Of a DNA stretch of 64,000 nucleotides, positions 56,733 to 64,000 are shown piece after piece; the first letter of the stretch is position 1; each line of letters starts with the position of its first letter. This DNA is from the human T2T-CHM13v2.0 reference genome, Homo sapiens: assembly GCF_009914755.1 (NCBI RefSeq), contig NC_060937.1. One strand, written 5' to 3'. The notes beneath the pieces were generated by a model. It was not told where the DNA came from and ran no database searches. It was given only the letters and a program-made list of their open reading frames with translations. A program made the position numbers and the translations under genes.

Positions 56733-58316
56733 TCTAGAAGAATCATAAGCTTAAAGATAAAAAGCCAAGCAAGAACTAAACATGACTATAATAGGGCCTG
56801 GGTTTAGAATATGAGAGAGAGGTAGCAGCTGTAAACAACCAGCCCCAAACTGTTTTTAAATTTATAACTTTCAGCTTATTAAGTCATCCAATACATAGAA
56901 TTTAACCATAAGTGTGTGGTTTCTGACCCTATATATCTGTTAATACCATATTAACAGAATACATATTCAAATATTCAGACTAAATAATTGCAACACAAAA
57001 GGAATTTTACTTCTGAGTCACTAAAATGCAAAATCATGTTTCTGGTGATTATCTCAGCAAATGCTGGTTAATCATACTGGTAAGTAATGCTAGCTGCAGT
57101 GGATGTTATTCATCAGAATGTCAAGACTTCATAGACTTAATGGTAATAAAATTGTCAATTACATTTTCTTAAATGTCTCCTTATGTCCCTTTAAATTTAT
57201 GTTCCTTTAAATTTACATGTCCATAGCTGTAATAGAAAGTGAAAATACGGGAAGTTAAAATGAACATATCGCTTGCATTTGGAGTTCCACTTTTTGCTTT
57301 TTTTTTCTCTCTTATTAGATAGAAGAATATATTCCCTCAAGGTAAAAAAAGAAAAGGTGGCCACCATGATGCTTCTTCCTTTTAGAGAAGAAATCAATTA
57401 GAATTTTATAGAGCCCAGTAATGTAAATTCTTTTTGTTATTTGAAACATTTTCTGTATCTTTAGTTTCAGGCTAACCACAGTGTGAATGTCAAATCTAGA
57501 TTTTGGAAAAACAGAGAAAAGACTAATGCCATTTATCTATAGCTCTATCATATTGTTCTTAAATATACTGAAATATCTGAGCTTGGGTTTTATCCATGTA
57601 CCATTTACATATATATATACATATATATATAATTTAGGAAATTTTTGGAGTGCTTATAGTTATCTGTGTTTCTGCTATTGAGTCATTTTGGTGTTCTCAG
57701 AGACTAGGAGAAGATTTCAAACGACTTTCTTACTCAAAAACTCTACCCATTCTTCTGACAGTCTCTCTCCTCTCAATCTCTCTCTGTCCATGTTCAGGGT
57801 TCAATTCCTATTGATTAGATGAAAACTTAATACATTCTATTTCTTCAGTTTTAATGAAGAGATGTATATAATGTGTTAAAAATAACTCTCAATATCTTGT
57901 TTTGTAGAGATATTATACACGTTTAAAAGTAAATTCCTTTTCTATTCATTTAATAAATTCAAACTATGCCTTTAAAAATGGTGCCAGAACAAATCTGATT
58001 CACGTTGGCAAATGTCTTCTTTTCCCCCTGCTGCTCTTCTTTATATCGTTCCCTTTTCATAAGCTTTTGTTCATTTCTGGCCTTTTCAGCATCTGTGACT
58101 TTTATAAAACTTTCTTTTCTTTGGTTATAAATTGCAATGATTTTGCTCTAGCTAAACTTCCCAATTGCTACAGGTAGAATTTTGGTAAAAGTTAAAGACA
58201 TTCTGTGTTTGATATAAATATTTGTGTACTGTCCTGTTTTAATTTTTAAATAATTCATTTGAAATAAAATTAGCTATCAGGTTTAAAAGTAAACTGAAAA
58301 CAAACATTCTTGTTCA

Positions 58317-58639
<323 letters not shown>

Positions 58640-58682
58640 ACCATTTACAGAATAGAGGTAGACTTCCTCCAGACCCCAGCCT

Positions 58683-58684
<2 letters not shown>

Positions 58685-58738
<54 letters not shown>
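58685..58738. repeat. (AC)n microsatellite
   Basis: About 27 uninterrupted AC units. Confidence 0.97.
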
Positions 58739-58741
<3 letters not shown>

Positions 58742-59427
58742 GGGAGAGAGAGAGTTTTCTATTAAAAGCTTGAAAGTTTGAGGAGAAGAAATTCCAACAG
58801 CATCTATGTGAAATGATCCAGTGGTCAGTTCTATATACTGGCCAGGATTTCTGAAGAGATGTTGTCATGGTGAGAAAAAGAGATTTGAGATTCATCAGAA
58901 TATGTTATAGTTGGTACTTAAGGCTATAAACTTTGGAAAAACGTTAAAAAGAAGAAACTAAATATGTATGTAATGGACCCCAGGATAATATCTATGAATA
59001 TGCCGATAGTTAGATTTTAGCAGAGGAGTAGAACCAGAAACAGGAGGTGAGTGGAAGAGCAGCCAGTTATGATGGAGTATTATTTCAGCAAGCCAAGAGA
59101 AGTTATTTCAAAGAAGTGTCATGTAGATAATAAAGCAAAAGTAGGGTGACTTGGTGACTAAAAAGTGGCCACTGGATCTGCCAACAGAAAGGCTATTTTG
59201 AAATTAATAATAGCAGTTATAATAAAGGCTGAGATGAGAACCTTTTTGGGAAGGGAAACTGAGGTGCTCAAGTCTCCCCAAAACTGACAGATAACAGATG
59301 AATTTCCCTGTGTAGGAGAGTAGAGAAATGGAGTGCTGAGGGGGAAGTGTTTAGTGCTTTTTATTTTTTAGATAGACATATTAAAGTGTCTCCGCTGTCT
59401 TTTTAACCAAATTTATTATAGTCATAC

Positions 59428-59875
59428 TGAAACCAGCCCAATTGCCCCATCAAGTTAACATTTATAGTTTCTTCTGAATAAACATGGAAATCAGCACTCC
59501 CAGTCTTAAAATGGGAGAAAGTTACAAATGTCTTATCTGACTTTTTTCTCAGGATTCCCAGATAGTTACCAGATCACTCCATCTGGACAATGAGACTCCA
59601 GACCCCTCACCCACCACAATTGCCTAACCAACCACCTGCTTTCTGTTGACCAACTCCTCTTCCTTACCCCTCCCTGTTTCCTGTTTCCCATATGGATATA
59701 TTTCTTCCTTCTATATAAACCCCTAATTTTAGTGGTTCAGAGAGCTGGATTTGAGATGGATCTTCCATCTCCTTGCATGCAGCACCCAAATAAACCCTTC
59801 TTCCCTGCCAATACTTGTTGTCTCAGTAATTGGCTTTCTTTGCAGAGAGCAGCAGGACCTAGACTGAACCCTTGG
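59428..59875 (+). mobile_element. LTR54-like LTR, near-complete
   Basis: TGAAACCAGCCCAATTGCCCC...CTATATAAACCCC...CAGCAGGACCTAGACTGAACCCTTGG; reverse-complement homologue of 55612-56083. Confidence 0.8.
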
Positions 59876-60651
59876 TCTAAGGTTCTACCTAAAAAAATTA
59901 CATTTTATTTTTTCCTGTGTTTTTGTGAGACAGACTCAAGACTAACCGGTTTCATGCCATGTCAGGGTTTTGTAATTATTGATATATTTATAAGCTACAT
60001 GTGTATATGATTTCTTTGCTTAGTCCTATTATCTTTTGTATTTCATTACTGTCATATTTTTTCTATATCATTTCCAATAGATCATGTTTTATTTAATTTA
60101 CCTGAATTTTTTTTTGGATATTTTCTTCTGGTACTATTTGAAAACTTTCAAATCAATTTTTCTATCAGAGTATTTGTCTTTTAAGATATTTCCATTAAGT
60201 CTTTCTTTTATAAAATACAGTGATTTCATAATAATTTTTATCCTGTGCCTAATGTTTTGTTCTTTCTATTTTTTTTTTATCTGAGGTAGTATAGGGTAAG
60301 GTAAGGTAAGGTAGAACTGAAAATGAATTTCAGCTCTTCACTGCTGTAACTTTGTTGCAGTGTCCATATCAAGCATTTGATTTTTCCAACCCTATACATA
60401 GATTTACACATATATGTTTGTTCTACATTACTGTTTTTAGATCACCTGCACCTCAACCTGTTTCTTCCAGCTTTCTTCTCCCAAATCTTCTCCATCTACA
60501 ACAACACCCTTTCTGGCTTCACTGATATTCTTATTTATAAATATTAGCTGGTTATCTTCAAGTCTCTAGATTAGGGAAACAGAAAGTAAGGCTTAGTGTT
60601 TCTTCCAGCTTTGGCCTAGTTTCTCTTCATCCACTGAAACATGAACATATT

Positions 60652-60840
60652 AGCTTGATTCTCAAAATCTAGGGTCATGAAAAGCACTTGGAGACTTTGG
60701 TAAAACCAAATTTCCAGAAGCCATAATTTTCAGATGTTCTGATTCAGTAGATATGAAGTACGTCTTGATGATTTGCTTGTCCAACATTTCCCAAGGCTGC
60801 TGCTGCTGTTTTTCTGGGGATCTCATATTGAGAAAGATTG
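60652..60840. mobile_element. MER5-like hAT element
   Basis: GATTCTCAAAAT...TTCTGATTCAGTAGAT...CATTTCCCAAGG...TTGAGAA. Confidence 0.6.
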
Positions 60841-60890
60841 ATATAGACTGAAGGAATTCCCCACATCACCAATGTTAATTAGAAAATGAT

Positions 60891-61545
60891 GGCCTTTCAT
60901 GGTGTCTTATTCCTTGTACGGTTTAGCTCTGCATCCCCACCCAAATCTCATCTCAATTTGTAACCCCCATGTGTCAAAGGAGGGATATGGTGGGAGGTGA
61001 TTGAATCATGGAGGCAGTTTCCCCGATGCTGTTCTCATGATAACGAGTGAGTTCTCATGAGATCTGATGGTTTAAGTTTCACACTTCCTCTTTCACTCTT
61101 TCTCTCCTTCTGCCATATGAGATGTGCCTTGATTCTCCTTCGCCTTCTGCCATGATTCTAAGTTTCCTGAGCCCTCCCCAGCCATGAGGAACTATGAGGC
61201 AATTAAAGCCTTTTTTTCTTTATACATTACTCAGTATCAGGCAGTTCTTTCTAGCACTGTGAAAATGGACTAATGCACACCTGTAATCCCCACACTTTGG
61301 GAGGCTGAGGCAGGAGGATCACTTGAGGCCAGAAGCTTGAGACCAGCCTGGTCAATATGATGAGACCTTTTGTGTACAAAAAAATGCAAACAAATTAGCT
61401 GGGTGTGGTGACACACACCTATAGTCCCAGCTACTTGAGAAGCTAATGCAGGAGGATCACTCACGGTAGCCTCCACCTCCTCCACACCACTACTTCCAGC
61501 CTGAGCAAAAGGGTGAGATCCTGTCTCAAAAAGAAAAAAAAAAGA
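60891..61545 (+). mobile_element. AluJ split by an MSTA LTR (pieces 60891-60914 and 61278-61545)
   Basis: GGCCTTTCATGGTGTCTTATTCCT [LTR] CACCTGTAATCCCCACACTTTGGGAGG. Confidence 0.8.
60915..61277 (+). mobile_element. MSTA-like MaLR solo LTR
   Basis: TGTACGGTTTAGCTCTGCATCCCCACCCAAATCTC...AAAATGGACTAATGCA. Confidence 0.88.
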
Positions 61546-61914
61546 GAAACAAATATGACTTATTTTCTATCGCAAGCACATGAGAACATCTGCTGAAAGA
61601 TCCTAGTCACTCTAGTATTCAATGCATCTCAACTCATAATCATTTGAACCAAAGCCTTTTCACATAAATGATGGAAAACATAATTAAAAGCTGTGAAGGT
61701 TGATCATAATAATAAAGATACTGCCATCCACTTAATGAGCCATTCAGACACTTCACTTCAGACTCCCACATTACTTGATGTACTCTCCCTTTTTCACTCT
61801 TTCTACAGTTTTCAATGTCTTTTTAGGAAACCTACTAAACACATACTTGAGTAATATATCTCTTCCTTGCCAGGAAGCAATAATGTCAGATCTATTCCAA
61901 TACCTATTTGTTGA

Positions 61915-62415
61915 TCTTATTTTTGACCATTTGTATTTGTTTTACGTACTGCATAATGAATTAAGAAAATGTTAGCAGCTTTAATATTACACATCTATTA
62001 CCTCATAGTTTCTGCAGGTGAGAAATACAAAGATGAATTAGATGAGTCATTTGCCTAAGGCCTCACAAGACTAAAATCAAAGTATCATCCAAGGCTGGTT
62101 TATAATCCAAAGGCTCCACCAGGGGACCAAACTGTTTACCACCTCCCTTAGGTCATTGGTAGAATTCATGTCCTTACAGTTTTAGAGTTATGGCAGTTTG
62201 CTTCTTCAAAACCAACCACACAGAGATAAAGATTAGGGTGAGTAAGCAACCAAATGGAGTCTTACCAAATGTAATCTCATATGGTGTACCTTTGCCATAT
62301 TCTCCAGGCTAGAAACAAGTCACAGGTTCTTCTCACAGTAAGAAGAAATGATAAAAAAGCATGAACCACAAAGAGCAAAAAACATGCAGATCACTTTTTA
62401 ATCTGTCCACTGCAC
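61915..62415 (-). mobile_element. MLT1F-like LTR
   Basis: GGTCATTGGTAGAATTCATGTCCTTACAG; CCTTTGCCATATTCTCCAGGCTAGAAACAAGTCACAGG. Confidence 0.65.
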
Positions 62416-64000
62416 CATTTAATAGCTCCTTTTAAGTAAATTTGTCAGCTATTAATCCAATAATCATCTTTTAATTTTTATGTCGAAGCTTAAAGCATGA
62501 TGATAAACTCCTACTTCATAGCATAGTTGCAACTGAGGAACTGAGGTATAATAATAATAGTAGTAAAATAATAAATAATATAATAATAAAATATGTAATT
62601 GTTTATCATAATAAATTGATCTACTTCTTTAGGGGCGTATATTCTTAATGGCTGCTTTTAAATGTCATGATTTCTTAAAATTCTTAACATGTTGGTGAAT
62701 ATCATATATAAAAAAACAAAATTAAATGGTTCATGGCAGAAACTTTAGGACAGGTATCACATCATTTGTTTTTCTAAAATGACAATGTAAGAATCTTCCT
62801 GCCTGCATAAAAAGCTAGCTCAGATATTGACAATATTCCAAACAAAATATTTAATCAATATTCCAAATATATGCATTCATTTTAGAATACTATATTTCAC
62901 ATGCCATTAAATATATATTTATTTTTGAGGTTTTCTAACCTCTAATATTCCACATCAAAACTAATTTTAACATATGATATAGGCTTTGAAAAATATACCT
63001 ATACAAATTAGAAAGATTTGTCAAAAGATTCATAAAACTATTTTGTTTATAAACTTTTCCTGCTCATTGGTCATTCATATATCTTTTGCATTTTTCTGAA
63101 AGCATTTTTTTCCATACTACCTAAACATAATTTAACATGCAATAGAAGGGAAGTTAGACTTCTCACCTCTCATGAAAATCCTGGGAAGGGATTTTTATAT
63201 TCACGTAGTTTTACTCTTTGTAAAGCTCAGAAAAGCTGATGCACTGTCTGGCAATCTTTTATGTGTTTATTTAATTTTAGCGAATATCTGAAAATCCAAA
63301 AGCGTTCAATATTTTAACTTTTATGTGTTAACTACTTAATATGTTAATGCACCAATATGCACACATTACATATGATACAATGATTACTGTTCCCATGTTT
63401 ATTTAACAGGACTATTTTCAATTTCTTAGGTCAAGTTGGATTTTGACAATTTCATTTTTTTATTTTGCTCTGATGGTATTTCACCATAAAAACATCCCAT
63501 TTTGTTGGTTTGTTTGACAGGAAAAAAATTTAAACCTCTAATTTCTACTTAATTTCATGAAGATCTTGTTTCAATATAGTCTTACAAATACATTAAATTG
63601 ACTTTTAATTCACTCAGTAAAGATAGGATGTTCATTAATGTGGACAAATAATACAGTGTATATATTAATCTAGTAGTCGTAAAGACTGTTAAATTTAATA
63701 TTCTTAACTAGATTGAAGTCATAGCTCACTAGAATTGCAAGGTTGAGTATTTAATTAATACTTGGCTTCTCTTTTTCTATGAAGATCTGTTAATGACCTT
63801 TGCCTTTGGAAGAAAAATGATGCATTCCTAATAGTCTAAGACATACGAATGAGTACCAACAACCAATAAACATAAATTTTTGGTTATTTAATACAAATTG
63901 AAATAAGTTAAATTGCCGTTTTGGAAAGTTTTTTATGACAGCTAAGTCAATCTATATTTTAATAGATTGTCTAATTTATAAACTTTTAACTTGGACTTCA

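Noticed and set aside
60296-60314. (GGTAA)n resembling stacked splice donors
   Set aside because: A short pentanucleotide repeat with no identifiable upstream exon.

Overview
This is AT-rich, repeat-dense primate genomic DNA, most likely human or another ape (AluY/S/J, L1PA7-10, LTR12, THE1, MLT2A). It looks intergenic or deep-intronic. I find no credible protein-coding gene, RNA gene or CRISPR array. The supplied ORFs are Alu, L1 or LTR by-products, or chance ORFs. The only recognisable coding remnants are a broken HERV-L pol (RNase H, integrase) plus dUTPase at about 15.8-17.7 kb and decayed L1 ORF1/ORF2 pieces. I found no new multi-gene biological system. The most notable observations are structural: (1) a near-perfect 106-bp fold-back palindrome copied from one Alu; (2) two L1 copies 20 kb apart, each with an antisense Alu at the same L1 position; (3) a TSD-flanked L1 that keeps its 5' UTR but has lost most of ORF1 and ORF2; (4) a CpG-rich G4-type insert in an old L1; (5) two reduced proviruses, one with a tRNA-Glu primer-binding site; (6) candidate LTR12/NF-Y, DUX4 and CTCF sites. 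Repeat subfamily names come from remembered consensus sequences, not from a search, and boundaries of old repeats are approximate.
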